Below, in pieces: positions 25,189-37,525 of a stretch of DNA of 64,000 bases. The translations under genes were made by a program, and so were the position numbers. Location of the stretch: contig JAUFOQ010000003.1 in NCBI GenBank assembly GCA_040285855.1, positions 1,984,001 to 2,048,000 of the forward strand, read 5' to 3'. The notes below the pieces were generated by a model. That model had not been told where the DNA came from. It made no database searches and saw only the letters and a list, made by a program, of their open reading frames with translations. Positions within the stretch are counted from its first letter, which is position 1. Every line of letters starts with the position of its first letter. Source of the stretch: Eukaryota sp. GEM-RC1 (lineage: Eukaryota).

Positions 25189-26136
25189 TCAAGATTTTTC
25201 GCTTCGATCTTTCTTGGGAAACACAGATTTTGGCACAAAAAATACATTTGATTCTTTTGAATGACTAGAATCAACTGAGGTCGATCCAGTTGACTGTAAC
25301 TTCGACAGTACAAGTGAATCTATAGAGAGAGAATTTACTCCAACTTTCGAGGAAAACGCAAGGTCAAAATCATCTTCTTCGTCTTCAGAACTCTCCAGAC
25401 TAACTTCAAAACTCGAAATGAGAAATGCGGAGTCAACAATTGGAGCACTCTTTGCTTCTTCTGTCTCTTCTTCTGAGTCTGAACTTGTATCAGAATCACT
25501 AAATATCAACAGAGATTGTTTCTTGGGAGTATCTTTTTCAATGAATTACGGTAAGTTTCTATTCCTTGTAGAAGTTGTTGAGTTTCTGATTCCGAAGGTT
25601 GATACTTTGAAGTATCAGCTTCTGTCGTTAACAATTGGAAAGGATTCTCATCTGTAGAGAGAGATGCAGTAGGGGCAGGGGGGAATGGTGGGCCATTCTG
25701 ATTGGTGAGACTCTACAGTTTCTACTGGGGTTTCAGTAGTATCTAGAGAGTCAGAGGTGAAGGAAGTTCGTCTGAGAAGGCGTGTTTTTTCAGTAGACGT
25801 GTCACGGAAGTCAGTGATGGTAGCTCCGTCTTCAGGGTTGTCCCATAAATCTTCGGGATTGTCTGTAGTCTCTTCTAGGGGAAGAGAGGGTTTAGGCTCT
25901 GGTTTAGGATGTGAAGGAGCACTTTTGGTGGTACCGGAGGGCTTTGGTTGTGCTTTAGGATTGGATTTGGGTTGTTTGTTCCCACGTTGTGTCTTCCTGT
26001 TGTTGGATGTCCTTGAAGCAGGTTGGTTGGATTTTAATGAAGAATTGAACATAGGGAAGCTGAAGACTTCTAGTGTAGATTTGCTTGCAAGACTCAGAAA
26101 GTCTTCAGGGGTGTACATACAGGTGGATGATGACAT
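25189..26136 (-). CDS. Hypothetical low-complexity protein; two apparent frameshifts near 25680 and 25536
   Basis: ORFs 25648..26136 and 25189..25509 can be linked through an open intermediate frame at C6 and A5 runs; no family recognised. Confidence 0.55.
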
Positions 26137-26548
26137 TTGAAGGAACTTTCGAACAGGAAATTTTCCCTTTTAAGGTTGAAATTTTGTCTGCTTGTCTACA
26201 TGTTGCATTTCGACACCTCAATTCTATGAATTTAGATGCCATGTGAAAGTGTGTGATCTGTTTCAGCATTATTGAGATTCTACCGTTGATCTACAAATGA
26301 TAACAGATATATTTTGAGTAACACAATCTTTCGCCGTCTGATCAGTGAATCACAGGGAAACGGTACATGTGGCAAAAGTAAGGAAACACACCAGATAGTT
26401 AAGGATTGTTTTACAGTAGAATATATACGACTACAGTAGTAACTTGAACAACCACAAAACAGAAACTTTCTCTGAATCAAAATTACTAGTAAGTTAAGAA
26501 TATTTAGATTCGAACTTCACAATTAAATTTGAACAAAAATTTATTTCT

Positions 26549-28045
26549 TTACAACACTTTTTCAATTATTTCAATCAGATCTACACACGAGTATCCAGCT
26601 CCTGGTCCACATTCAGCTATAATACGAATAATTGGTTCAGTATTTGATGGTCTTAGGTGCACCCACCACTTGTTCTTTCCATCAGCAACAGACGAAATCT
26701 TGACTCCATCCAAAGTTGAAACGACAACTCTATCAGAAAAGCTATTAACTATTGGCTCCAACAGACTTTGAATATCCAGATCTGAAGGTACCGGTTTCTT
26801 AGTCTTGACCATTTCAAACACAGGCAATTGATTTCGAAGCTCTAAAATAGAACCATTGAAATGTGCCAATGCACTGAGAACAAGAGAAGCAGCCACTGGA
26901 GCATCCCTACCAATATGACATTGAGTTACCATTACTCCTCCATTACCCTCTCCTCCAATAACGCTACCAAGTTGACTCATCTTCTGAGCCACGTTGATTT
27001 CACCAACTTTGCTTTCAACTACATTGTACTGATGTTGTTTAGCAACGTAGTCCACAAGACATGAAGTTGAACAGTTTTTGACAATGTCGCGGGAGTCCTC
27101 AGGGTTGGGATTAAGAGAAGATAGGAAATGTTGAAGAGCCAAAACGAGAGTTAATTCTTCACCTAATGGTTTACCATCATTACCAACCAACACACATCTA
27201 TCTACATCAGGATCAGTGGCTATACCTAAATCACATTGATTCTCAACTACTACTTTGCACAGTTGGTCAAGATTCTCAGGAATAGGTTCTGGAGGGTGAG
27301 CAAAGTTACCAGAAGTATCAATGTTTAAGGGAATAACAGTGCATCCAAGAATGCTTAGAAGAGTAGACATAATCGGACCTCCAGCACCATTGACAGTGTC
27401 AAGGGCTACTTTGAACTTGCGTTTCGCGATGAGAGGGGCATCAACACATGGGATTTGTAGAATACTAGTGATATGATCGTGAATAGCATCATCATAGACA
27501 GACAAAGAACCATAATCGTTTGGTGGTGAATCAATGTTCTCAATATAAGTTTCAGAAAGGAGCTTTGCGGCTTTGGAAAAGATTTGTTCACAAACTTGGG
27601 GTGAACAAAAGCAACCATCGTTGTCTACAAATTTAAGTCCATTCCATTCAATGGGGTTGTGAGAAGCAGTGATTACAATTCCACCGGCAGCGTTGTGTTG
27701 CAAAACAAGGAGTTGAACTGTGGGTGTAGGTACTATATCAAGAGATATAACATCACAATTATAGCATCTAAGGGTTTCCACAACAGTGGTGAAGATCTCG
27801 GGACCAGATATGCGAGAATCACGACCTACAACAATTTTGCTGTTTCGTTTCAGTGAAGCGAATGATCGAACATATGCACGGACAACGTCGGTTGTTAGGG
27901 ATTCACCGACAATTCCACGAACCCCTGAAACCGATACCATTAAAGGAGCCTGACTACTGAAGTTCTTGCGCCCTGTGGGAACATCCTGCTCAGATAAGTT
28001 TGTAAGAGATTCTGGCTGTGTTCGTGAAGCAGTTGAGGAAGACAT
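26549..28045 (-). CDS. Alpha-D-phosphohexomutase (phosphomannomutase/GlmM-like, prokaryotic type)
   Basis: SVSGVRG, GRDSR, TASHNP (phosphoserine), DPDVDR (metal binding), GEGNGG, HLRPSNTEPIIRI. Confidence 0.93.
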   Translation of the reverse strand: MSSSTASRTQPESLTNLSEQDVPTGRKNFSSQAPLMVSVSGVRGIVGESLTTDVVRAYVRSFASLKRNSKIVVGRDSRISGPEIFTTVVETLRCYNCDVISLDIVPTPTVQLLVLQHNAAGGIVITASHNPIEWNGLKFVDNDGCFCSPQVCEQIFSKAAKLLSETYIENIDSPPNDYGSLSVYDDAIHDHITSILQIPCVDAPLIAKRKFKVALDTVNGAGGPIMSTLLSILGCTVIPLNIDTSGNFAHPPEPIPENLDQLCKVVVENQCDLGIATDPDVDRCVLVGNDGKPLGEELTLVLALQHFLSSLNPNPEDSRDIVKNCSTSCLVDYVAKQHQYNVVESKVGEINVAQKMSQLGSVIGGEGNGGVMVTQCHIGRDAPVAASLVLSALAHFNGSILELRNQLPVFEMVKTKKPVPSDLDIQSLLEPIVNSFSDRVVVSTLDGVKISSVADGKNKWWVHLRPSNTEPIIRIIAECGPGAGYSCVDLIEIIEKVL

Positions 28046-28317
28046 TTGTCGAAATGTTTTAGAACTGTAAATACATTTTTCAAGTAAATCAACATGGATG
28101 ATCTTCTAAATCAATGCCAAGATAGGTGGACTTTATGTGGCATTCAGTTCAACTGTTCAAAAAACAAAGATGGAAATAATTATTGCTTATAAATAAATAT
28201 CAAATGATCTGAAAGAAATACAAAAGCAAACAATGATACCTCAAACTATGAAATGATATTTTGAAGATATAACCAAAACAATACAAAACTATTCAGTGAA
28301 AGTAACATGAAAGTAGA

Positions 28318-29045
28318 TTACTCTGAATCAAACAAACACTCAGAAACGTCAGCGCTTTCCTCAACAGATTCTTCTGACAGTTGATCAAAATCCTTATAGA
28401 CACTGTCATTTGGCAACTCTATTCGTAAATCTTTGAAAGTTTTAACAAGACTATCTGCATAAAGAGTACCAAAAGATTGAATGACAGCAATTGGAACAAC
28501 GCCGTCGAGTGACCTATCACCAAGTGGCAAAAGATTAACTAGTTCTGCTTTTTGTTGAAACAGATCCACAATTGATTGTAACTCACAAGCTGTTGAGCTG
28601 ATAGAGGTAGCAGAAAAGAAGGTGTTTAGAGAATGTAGGTGAGCAATGACATCAACGGACACATAATCAGTGGAGTTCTGATGATGAGAGGATGCTCCTT
28701 GAGCAATTGAAGAGAGCCAATGACCAAAGGAAACACTGCCACCAGGTTGTAGAACATCCTTGACAACCTCCATTACGCCATCTAATTCAATTTGTGAAAC
28801 AAGCTCAGCCCCCCAGAGGTCATACGAAGCAGCGGTAGAAAGAAAGTCATCAAGTGCAGAACGAGACAGCCGCCCATTTGTAAACTTGAGAAGGTATAGC
28901 ACCGGCAACTCCTTTATCCTAAAGAGAGGGTTGTCCAGAAAGGAAAAACCAATGAGTTCATTGAATCCTATATAGCCATCAGAGGTCAGTGAGTACTCAA
29001 AAGGTCATCAAGCTGTGCGACGAGAAAACTTTGAGCATTGCCCAT
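28318..29045 (-). CDS. Predicted N-myristoylated protein with degenerate EF-hand-like loops; apparent -1 frameshift near 29000
   Basis: The ATG at 29045 gives MGNAQSFLVAQLDDL; one extra T continues into FEYSLTSDGYIGFNEL and ORF 28318..28908 (NGRLSRSAL). Confidence 0.6.
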
Positions 29046-29104
29046 TCACCAAAGACATTGAAAGACACAACAAAGTTCACTTCATCTACCTGACCAGACT
29101 GTTC

Positions 29105-30488
29105 ATGGATGAAGCTTGTCTTTCTCTATGTTCACAATTTACCGACAAGACGCACATAAACTTTGGACAAGATCTTTATCGAACACATACAAAACTCTTC
29201 AAATCCATATTATCCGCTAAACAGCTGCCAAATGAACCATGGTCAGATTCTTCTATCGATCTCTTTATCAATACATTGTCAAATCTTGATACAAATAATT
29301 CTTCATCTGCTGTTCTTATTGGTGAAAGAGAAGGCCGAGTAGCTTCACATTCAGTTCGATCTCGTAATTATAATCTTAGTCATGGAGTTGGAAGAAGTGG
29401 CAATCTTACTGCCTCCCAACCGAAAGCTCCTGGATCTTCTGTTCTTTATCAACTGACAAATGCTCTGGCCTTGGACATTCTAAAGTCCTTAGGTCTCAAG
29501 AAGACAGAGTCATGTTTTATACTTCCAGCAGCAACAGGGATTGCTATCATGATGTCTTTATGCTCTCTTAGGCTCCAGCGTCCTGGTAAAAACACTGTGT
29601 TATGGCTGAGATGTGACCAGAAAAGTGTGCCGAAAGCCATCATCACGGGTGGATTCAATCTAGTTGTTATTGAACAAGTTGTTGTTGACGATGAGTGCGT
29701 GTCTGATTTAGATTCACTGCAGGAGGTGATGTCTAATCGTGAGGATGTGCTAGCTGTTGTTTCAACCACTTCTTGTTTTGTCCCAAGAGGATGTGACGAT
29801 GTTTTGAAAATAGGAAGAATGTGCAGGGAAAATGAAGTTTTTCATGTTGTCAATTCAGCGTATGGTCTGAATTCATCTCTATCTGTTAAAGCACTCGCTC
29901 GCGGACTCAATGAAGCCGTTGTTGATCTTTATGTTCACAGCACTGATAAGAACTTCCTCACGCCTGTAGGAGGTTCCATTGTTGCCGGCAAACGTGATTT
30001 GGTCCAAAATGTTTCAAATTCTTGGCCAGGGAGAGCAAGCATTTCACCCATTCTAGATTTCTTGATAACTGTTCTTTCTCTTGGAAAATCAAAAATAATT
30101 GAACTTTTTGTTCAACGAGAAGAGTCCTTCAAACACTTATGCACAAGCCTATCATCATTTGCTTCCAGAAATAGGAGAACGTCTGCTTTGTCTACCACAT
30201 AATGAGATCGCCTCTGGAATCACACTTAATTCTCTTACACATGAAGAAGTTCAACAACTAGGAAGAATGCTTTATAGAAGAAGTGTGTCTGGGTGTAAGT
30301 TTGTTGGGAATTGTGATAATGTTGTTTTAAATAATGTCACAATCCAGGAATTCGGACATCAAGCAATTGGATATCCTAACTTTTATCTAAATTGTGCTGC
30401 AACAGTTGGTGTACGCACCTCTGATATCGACCAGTTTGTTGAGAAAATGAGGAAAAGTATCAAGGAGATATTGAAGAAACGAAAATAA
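29105..30488 (+). CDS. SEPSECS: O-phosphoseryl-tRNA(Sec) selenium transferase; apparent +1 frameshift near 30165
   Basis: GEREGRVAS, HGVGRSGNLTASQPKAPGSS, RCDQKS, TTSCFVPR, STDKNFLTPVGG (PLP lysine), PGRAS. Confidence 0.96.
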
Positions 30489-30544
30489 CATAAAGGTTAA
30501 TGGTTTTTATGAAGTTTTATAAGTTTAGGTAACCACAAACAGCC

Positions 30545-30967
30545 CTAAAATAGAGCGAAAATACCCATACCAACTAAAACGACATTTGCTAACCAACCAA
30601 TGATGAAGAAGTAACTTCTTGGACTTGGATTTCGTTCAGTTCCGATGACGTAGTAGAGAATCATGTGAATCACTCGTGCAATAAGGATAGTAAACAACAA
30701 TCCGGTAACCCATGAAGGATTTGCTCCGGCAAGAATTGCAAAGAAGCCACCCCCTAGCATCAATCCAAGGTTCTCTAGAGTATTCTGGTGAGTTCTGTAT
30801 GCTCTAAAGACAAAGCTATGGTGGTTTTGGTCCTTTGGAGGATAACCGGGAACTGCATCAGGAAGGCGGCCCTTAGATACCGTAGCAACAACCCATTGAA
30901 CTATAACTAGCACTAGAATGAGGCCAATGGCAAGTAGAGAAAATCTGTAGTCTTGGAGATCGAACAT
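30545..30967 (-). CDS. MAPEG family membrane protein, bacterial type
   Basis: 140 aa with 4 TM segments; SFVFRAYRTHQNTLEN, ARVIHMILYY, ERNPSPRSYFF. Confidence 0.88.
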   Translation of the reverse strand: MFDLQDYRFSLLAIGLILVLVIVQWVVATVSKGRLPDAVPGYPPKDQNHHSFVFRAYRTHQNTLENLGLMLGGGFFAILAGANPSWVTGLLFTILIARVIHMILYYVIGTERNPSPRSYFFIIGWLANVVLVGMGIFALF

Positions 30968-31452
30968 TGAACAAAATTAGCTTGGTGAAGAGCTCAAAAC
31001 CGACTCTCACCAAATTGTTAAAACTGCACAAATCAAAATGAAAACAAAACTGTTGATAGTTTTCTTCATTGAGCTTGGAATAGTTTCTTTTTGTATCTAA
31101 GCCATAATATGAATTGACTTTTTCGTTTTTTAAGTCAATATACAGATATGATTGATTCGATTTTCGCCAAGTTGTTTTGTGGACATTAATAAAACACCAC
31201 TTATACATCTTTGTTGTGTTCTCAATAAATAAGAGCAATCAATGTGACGATTGTTGATCACATCATCACTTATTGTAGCACTACTGATATAGGTGAAGAA
31301 TACATAACAGAGATATCAACTCATAAGATCTGTTCAAAGTAACTTCAACAAACACCATGACCATCATTTCAACAATTGATCCACAAGTGAAATTTTCAAA
31401 AATGATCAGTACAGTGTAGCTATTGTACTTTATTCGAATGTTGCCAGAAGTA

Positions 31453-32034
31453 CACTAATCATGGTAATTAGTCTCACTCAGACTAATTCATATGTCAATG
31501 TCCAAAGGCTCCACATGGTAAATAGTTTCACTCAGACTAATTAGCATGTGAGACTAATTAGCATCTTAGAAAAATAGTCTCACTCAGACTAATTATCATT
31601 GTTGGAAATTAGTCTCACCTCCAAAAAAAAAATTTGTTGTCATTCACTAAGATCAATAGAGTAGGGAAACATTCGTTCGGTACGTCTGCTTGTATTTGTC
31701 CCACAACAATCATATTAGCATGGGTATACCAACTAGAAGCATGTGATAGAACAAGCTCATAATTGAAAAAACGACGTCCTGACTCAATTTCTTGACTTGT
31801 AAACACAAACATCAGCGGAGATGCTATTCACAGGAAAATAGAAGAAAAATCAACGTGGTTCAGTATCTGTATTCATCGAATACTGTTCTATTTTATTGGT
31901 ATTTTATCACAAAAAGTGGTACTAATTTCCAATCGAGTTTCAGTTTAAAGTGTTACGACATGAGAATTAGTCTGAGTGAGATTAATTAACATGTGAGACT
32001 AATTTCCAATACAGACTAATTACCATGATTAGTG
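31453..32034. mobile_element. MITE with CACTA termini, TA flanks and AATTAGTCT/AGACTAATT subterminal repeats
   Basis: Perfect 22-bp TIR CACTAATCATGGTAATTAGTCT; TA on both sides; many AATTAGTCTCACTCAGACTAATT units. Superfamily (CMC/EnSpm vs Tc1/mariner) unresolved. Confidence 0.88.
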
Positions 32035-33529
32035 TATCAATTTACGATAACAAGAAAAAATATATTTGAAAAACTTCATCCCTAATTAGTCTCAATAACC
32101 AGAACATAAATTGGTCTCAGTGAGACTAATTTTCATTTTAGACTAAATGAATTATGTTTCATTATTCGGTACCCAAAACGGAAACTTTCCTACATAAATA
32201 TGTTTGTAAAAACAAACAAATATGACTAAGGCTAAATCCTAACGACTTCATTCCTATATATTATGTGACCTGTGTACTTGTCGCAATTGTTTAGTATGTT
32301 CTTATAGTCTGTTTTCATAGTGCTGATTATACCGTCAAAAGGGGTACTAGTATCAGTATCAGTGAAAGTATAAGACATGGGTTTATTGGACGGAGATTAG
32401 GAAATTCTAATCTATAATTAAGGTAATTAATCAACAATAGTCTGTATTTATATTCAATTTAATTGTGTAGCTCGTTTTACAGTCTGTATTAATATTCAGT
32501 TTCTTGTTGTGTGTTTGTGTTGTGAAACATGGCTCTGTATAACTATCAGTGAGATTACGATTATCAAACATAATCAAATTTGCAGTACATCGTTTGCTGA
32601 GGACAACTTTCCCAAAATGTCAATGCAATATACGAAACTCAAGAATTGCATGAAAACACCAACAGTTATGTCATCAACGAACTTTTTACATGAAATGGTA
32701 AAATCACAAATGAAGAACCCAATATTGGATTTCTAAACGACTAAATAAGCAAAAGCAATTGATAATGATGCTGATTTTTAACTCCAAGATGAATTCTCGT
32801 CAATAAAATGCGTGCATTTTCCATTTTAGTCATGGAAAGTTTGGCATTTTTGGACAAACAAATCTCACATCTTTAGGAACATTGTGTAAGCAGTAAAGGA
32901 ATAACTTTAATGAACGTTATTTAGATTCAGGTCTTTCCACAATAACTTTATCTCAATATGTTCAAATACACCCTGCATCAACAATTTATTACATGCCCAA
33001 AATGAGTACCAATAAGTTTTGATATACTGAAATACATTGTATATTGATACTACAATTTGTATGGTCTTTTGATAGTTAACCCCAAATCAGTGGAATTACT
33101 CTCAATACATGACCTGTTGTTATCGAAGAATGACAAACAGAACTGATACTTGACATTGTAGTAACACATAAAGGTGTTTTCAATTTGTTTTAATTTAGTC
33201 TACTACATGTAGTTTTCTACTGATTTTTAAATGCCTATTCTCCAACGAAAAAAGTAGATTATAGTAGGAAAACTGGATTGGAAACCATCAATCTCAAATC
33301 AAGCCGAAAGGCTCCTCTCTATGGCTAAACTCGTTGTTGATTATACTAGACACACCGAAGCATTTGATTATAGAGTAACTGCTTCTGTTGAAAGACAACT
33401 TATGGAATACAGACACTACCAGGGACTTATATCGATTGAGAAAATTAAGCCAACTCGTGGAAGAAGTTAACCAACCAATTGGTAGTGCTAAGTTTATGTA
33501 TACTTTTGTTACCGTGACACTGCGGAAAA

Positions 33530-33830
33530 ACGTAAAATTGATTTGTATTCCAAAGATGTTGCTAAACTCAATGAAAATTTGTATTTGTTCCATTTGATAT
33601 TTCTAACTTTGGCAGTATTGGTGAAATGGTTTCTTCTAAGTTTTTAACTGATTTTGCATCTACTAGTATGTGTAAGTCTCAGAATATGAGATTTAACTTA
33701 TCACTTTGGCATAACCGTTTGATTTTTTCTTTGTTCCGTTCAATGCCTAAGTTTGTAGATCAATTTTCACAAAGTTGTATAAGAACTGTGGTACTGTTGA
33801 CCAGAAATTTTCTGCGTCTAGTGTTTTTTC
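33530..33830 (-). repeat. Dispersed repeat, inverted copy of about 61300-61585
   Basis: Shared AACTTAGGCATYGAACGGAACAAAGAAAAAATCAAAMGGTTATGCCAAA...GGAACAAATACAAATTTT; the ORF track shows near-identical peptides at 33626..33844 and 61252..61458. Confidence 0.9.
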
Positions 33831-34059
33831 TAGACACTGTGTGATTGACGTATACAAACCTTGTCCCACACCCTTCACAGTTACTTGAAGAACAATTCGG
33901 TCACTAATCGATTTTAAGAGACAATCTGATAGCAAACCTGTATTTCTTCGGTCTAAAACAACCATGGACGGTAAAAATAACGATCTAGGTGTTCAATGTA
34001 ACATTTGTGAAGACCTAACAACAATTTATGGTCAAGGAATTCCTTTGATTTGAGATATT

Positions 34060-34227
34060 TGTTCAGACTAAATATGAATATTCACAAATACTCTGATTCA
34101 GACTAATTTTCCCAGTCGTTAATTAGTCTGAATCATTAATTTGTCTGAATCAGAGTAATTATTGTATGGGGCTGTTTCACTAGACATTCATAATTAGTCT
34201 GATTCAGACTAATTGTTGTGAAGAGTG
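34060..34227. mobile_element. Orphan right end of a related CAC-ended element
   Basis: AATTAGTCTGATTCAGACTAATT repeats ending in ...GAAGAGTG followed by TA; matching left end not found. Confidence 0.55.
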
Positions 34228-34411
34228 TAGTATTTTGTTTACAGGACCATTAAGTGGTTAATTGGTGAAAATTTGTTCGCATAATTTGGGAACCAATCAA
34301 TTGCCAATTCAATTTTGAGTACCAATGGATCCTGGTATCATTTTTGTGTGGATTAAAAAGTCCTTGGAAAAAGAATGCGTTTTTATTCAATGATGTTCTT
34401 TTGTACCTTGG

Positions 34412-35628
34412 TCAACTAAGTCTACCTCTTCTACTGAACAGCCTAACTGATCGGTAGTGAAGTTGTGAGGTTTCCCAATTTTCAACATTTCTATCATACG
34501 TTTCATTCTGTCTTTTTGACTTTGATTTTTGTTCTTGAATATATATTTCTACCTCTTCCACAGAACAGCCTATCTTGTGGGCAATGGAATCATGGGGTTC
34601 TTCCAATTCTAACAGTTCATCCATGAGCTTATTTTGTTCCTTTGTCGCTCGGCGAATGTCTTTTACCTCCTCTATAGAACAGCCTATCTTGTGGGCAATG
34701 GATTCATTTGGTTCTCCTCTAGATAAAAGTTCAGCTATTTGCTTCAACTGTTGGTATAATTGATTAATTTCCGCCCATTTTTCTTCAAAATGGGCTAATA
34801 GTTTTGCTCAATGTTGTCCTTCCATACTTTACCATAAGCTTCTTTCAGAACCTCAGACGTTCCCGCCACTCTTCTGATATCTTTGACTTGCTTGTAGAAG
34901 TCTTTTGGCCCAACATCCGACTGTACAATGTTGGATTCCTTGAATAGATATAGTAATCGGTCATCATCACTGTCCAATTGATCTTCAGTCTTATTAAAGT
35001 ACGTAAGTGCGACAAAGAATACCTTGACCAAATCTCCACCCAATGGTCTTAATCCTTCAGGAGTTTCAGCCTGGAACTTGTATGTAGTGAACAAAGTCTT
35101 TTCAGCAATGATGGGTGTACTTGCATTTGTGATACAGATGACAGCTGATAGTCCCATGTTGTCACTGAGGGAGGCTACTCCTTTGCGGTCTCTGTCATAG
35201 ATTAGCTTTCTTCTTTCGCTATCAAAACGTATCCTGTTCCAATTTGATCTCGTTTCAGCAACTTCAGTTATTAGTTTTTCATAATAGGTCGTGTCGAATT
35301 TTCTTTGCATTTCAAAGCAAATGATTCTTTTGGTAGTGCCTTGACCTTCATCTTCAGCAGCGACCAGATCTGCTGTGAAATCAAAGGTTCTCGGTGATGA
35401 ACTGTCAAATTCCACTGGGAGAAGGGCGACGTTTCTGAAAGGTAAGTCACCATCGTCAGCATTTCTAAGTACCATATTAATAAATTCCCTGGCCAGTGAT
35501 GGATCGTGCATGATTCTTTTGAATGCCCAGTCAAAGCAAGGATTAATGATCTGGAAGGGTGAGTCCTCAGGAATTTTGAAGCCTAGTGTTTGGGGTTGTA
35601 CTTCTGTAGATTTGTCAGCAGATGACAT
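34412..35628 (-). CDS. Rpn family (PD-(D/E)XK nuclease / putative transposase) protein with duplicated C-terminal helical module; apparent -1 frameshift near 34803
   Basis: IINPCFDWAFKRIM, EFINMVL, ADLVA, ICFEMQRK, FNKTEDQLDSDDDRLLYLFK. The C-terminus has QIAELLSRGEPNESIAHKIGCSIEEV and DELLELEEPHDSIAHKIGCSVEEV. Confidence 0.82.
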
Positions 35629-35983
35629 CTATTGAACAAGTTCTTTTCGATAGGATATCTCTAAAAATATCCACATCCTGCTTGATATCTTCATTTGTAA
35701 TACACTGTGATATACTTGGTTCTTGTGCATGTATCAACTTTTGGACAAATCGTAATGTTTTTAGCAGTGTTATCACATGCGCAAACTCTTCAGAAATGAA
35801 ATGTTCACATAAATCATTAATGATTAAAATGTCAAATAATTTTTGATTGATTGTACTAAGAAATGCAGCTGAATTTATTTAGTTAATAAGTCTGATATAC
35901 AAGAGAAAATCTGTTTACAGTATAAGTGTTTTAAAGGCAACACAATAAGATATGAAAACAAATACCTAAACAGACTACACAAC

Positions 35984-36671
35984 CAGCAATGTAAAAATAT
36001 CTTATGGTTATCTTATTGTTTTTCTGACATTCAACAATAAATATATTGTCTCGGTAGATATCTTATCTTATTTATTGGTTATCTTGAGTCAATTCAATAA
36101 ATATATCTTCAATAACGACAGTAACAAACCACTGAAAACCAGAATTTGATCAAATTCATCGACTCTTGCCTGATTTGGTTGAAGTGTGAGGATACTTTTA
36201 AAATTTTCCATTGATTCCACAGATCAACATTGTACAACAAGAAAAGTACGCTTTTTGAGCTCAGACTTGTTTTAGTGTTTCCTGAAGTAATTTTTAGCTC
36301 TACTAAAAGGCATACCAACTTCATTTCTAGATGCAGGTATCCAACGTAAATCTATAAATTCTATATCTTGATTGGTCTGACGCTGTTTACGTTTGTCCAA
36401 TCTTTTATTTAATCCACTGTGACTGCATAGTTCTTTGTTACCTTGGAGCTCAAATGCTTGAATACAATTCTACTATATTCCAAATCGACATCAAGATAAA
36501 ATCAGGTTACAGAAAGAAAAAAATGTTCTTGACTTATCCTATCTTATTGAAATATATCGTATATTGTTGAGTTTTCAAGAGAACTATATCGTTGAGAGAG
36601 ATGTCACAATAAGATAACAATAAATATATTGATTGTTATCGTACAATATATTTATTTATTTTACATTCCTG
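35984..36671. mobile_element. hAT-like MITE with ATCTTATTG / CAATAAATATAT subterminal repeats
   Basis: Termini CAGCAATGTAAAAATA / TATTTTACATTCCTG; TSD imperfect. Confidence 0.6.
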
Positions 36672-36738
36672 ACTACAATTATTAATTCCTAAAAAAGAGT
36701 GGTGGCACATTGCAAATACTTATACGATGTGTTGTAGT

Positions 36739-37067
36739 CAGTGAACGCTAACACATAACATGACCTGACACGTAACACGCGTGTTAACACGTGTTAGGAG
36801 TGTTCGCTGATTTCCAACAGGCAAATATCGGTTATCGTTTTCGGTCTGAATGAGGTGCAAATGTCTTTTGTTGCTAAAAGAATGAAAGACGACGTTTTAC
36901 AAGTCCCCTATAAGAATGTAGAGTATCGTGGGGATGAATGTGTAGAAAAAATGAGCTATCGATATCAATCGTTGGATCAGAAACAAGGAAGAATTCTTGT
37001 AACGCAAACACGCAACACGCGTGTTAACACGGGTTAGATTCAGTTTTGTAACGTGTTAGCGTTCACT
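36739..37067. mobile_element. MITE with AACACGCGTGTT palindromic subterminal repeats
   Basis: Perfect 16-bp TIR CAGTGAACGCTAACAC; no convincing TSD. Confidence 0.78.
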
Positions 37068-37156
37068 GCTTGCTTTTGGTGTGAAAACATAATTGGTCCA
37101 ATATTTATTTCCGCTCTTTGACTAGGAGGTTTGTTTAGTTCAGCTATACTGGATAG

Positions 37157-37525
37157 CAGGGCTCTTCAAAAAATAATTGCATTTTGCAATTATTGCAATA
37201 ACACTGTATTGCAATCGTGCATAGGGTGCATAGGGTTGCAATAGTGCAGTACGGTATTGCATGTTGTTTCGTTATTGCAGTTATTGTAAGCAATACTCAG
37301 CCAATTGCCGAAACTGTTTTTTTGTTGTTTCTTATCATGATCTAGGAGTAGTGTGGTGTATTCAAAGCATAAATTATAAAATTGACGGGTGTTATAAATA
37401 CCAGTGTATAAAATAACATAATGTAGCAATTAAGCAGCAAATTTGTCGTTGAATGATATTGCAGTACAGTATTGCAGCAACACAAATTTTGACAATATAT
37501 TGCAATTATTCTTTGAAGTGCACTG
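37157..37525. mobile_element. MITE with TATTGCA subterminal repeats
   Basis: Imperfect TIR CAGGGCTCTTCAAAAAATAATTGCA vs CAGTGCACTTCAAAGAATAATTGCA; no clear TSD. Confidence 0.72.

Noticed and set aside
29015..29104. N-terminal extension of SepSecS in the ORF track
   Set aside because: It starts at GTG and overlaps the start of the opposite-strand gene; the ATG at 29105 is the plausible start.
31460..32145. Spaced palindromic repeats resembling a CRISPR array
   Set aside because: Spacing is irregular, the repeats are bounded by TIRs, there are no cas genes and the context is eukaryotic; they are subterminal TE repeats.
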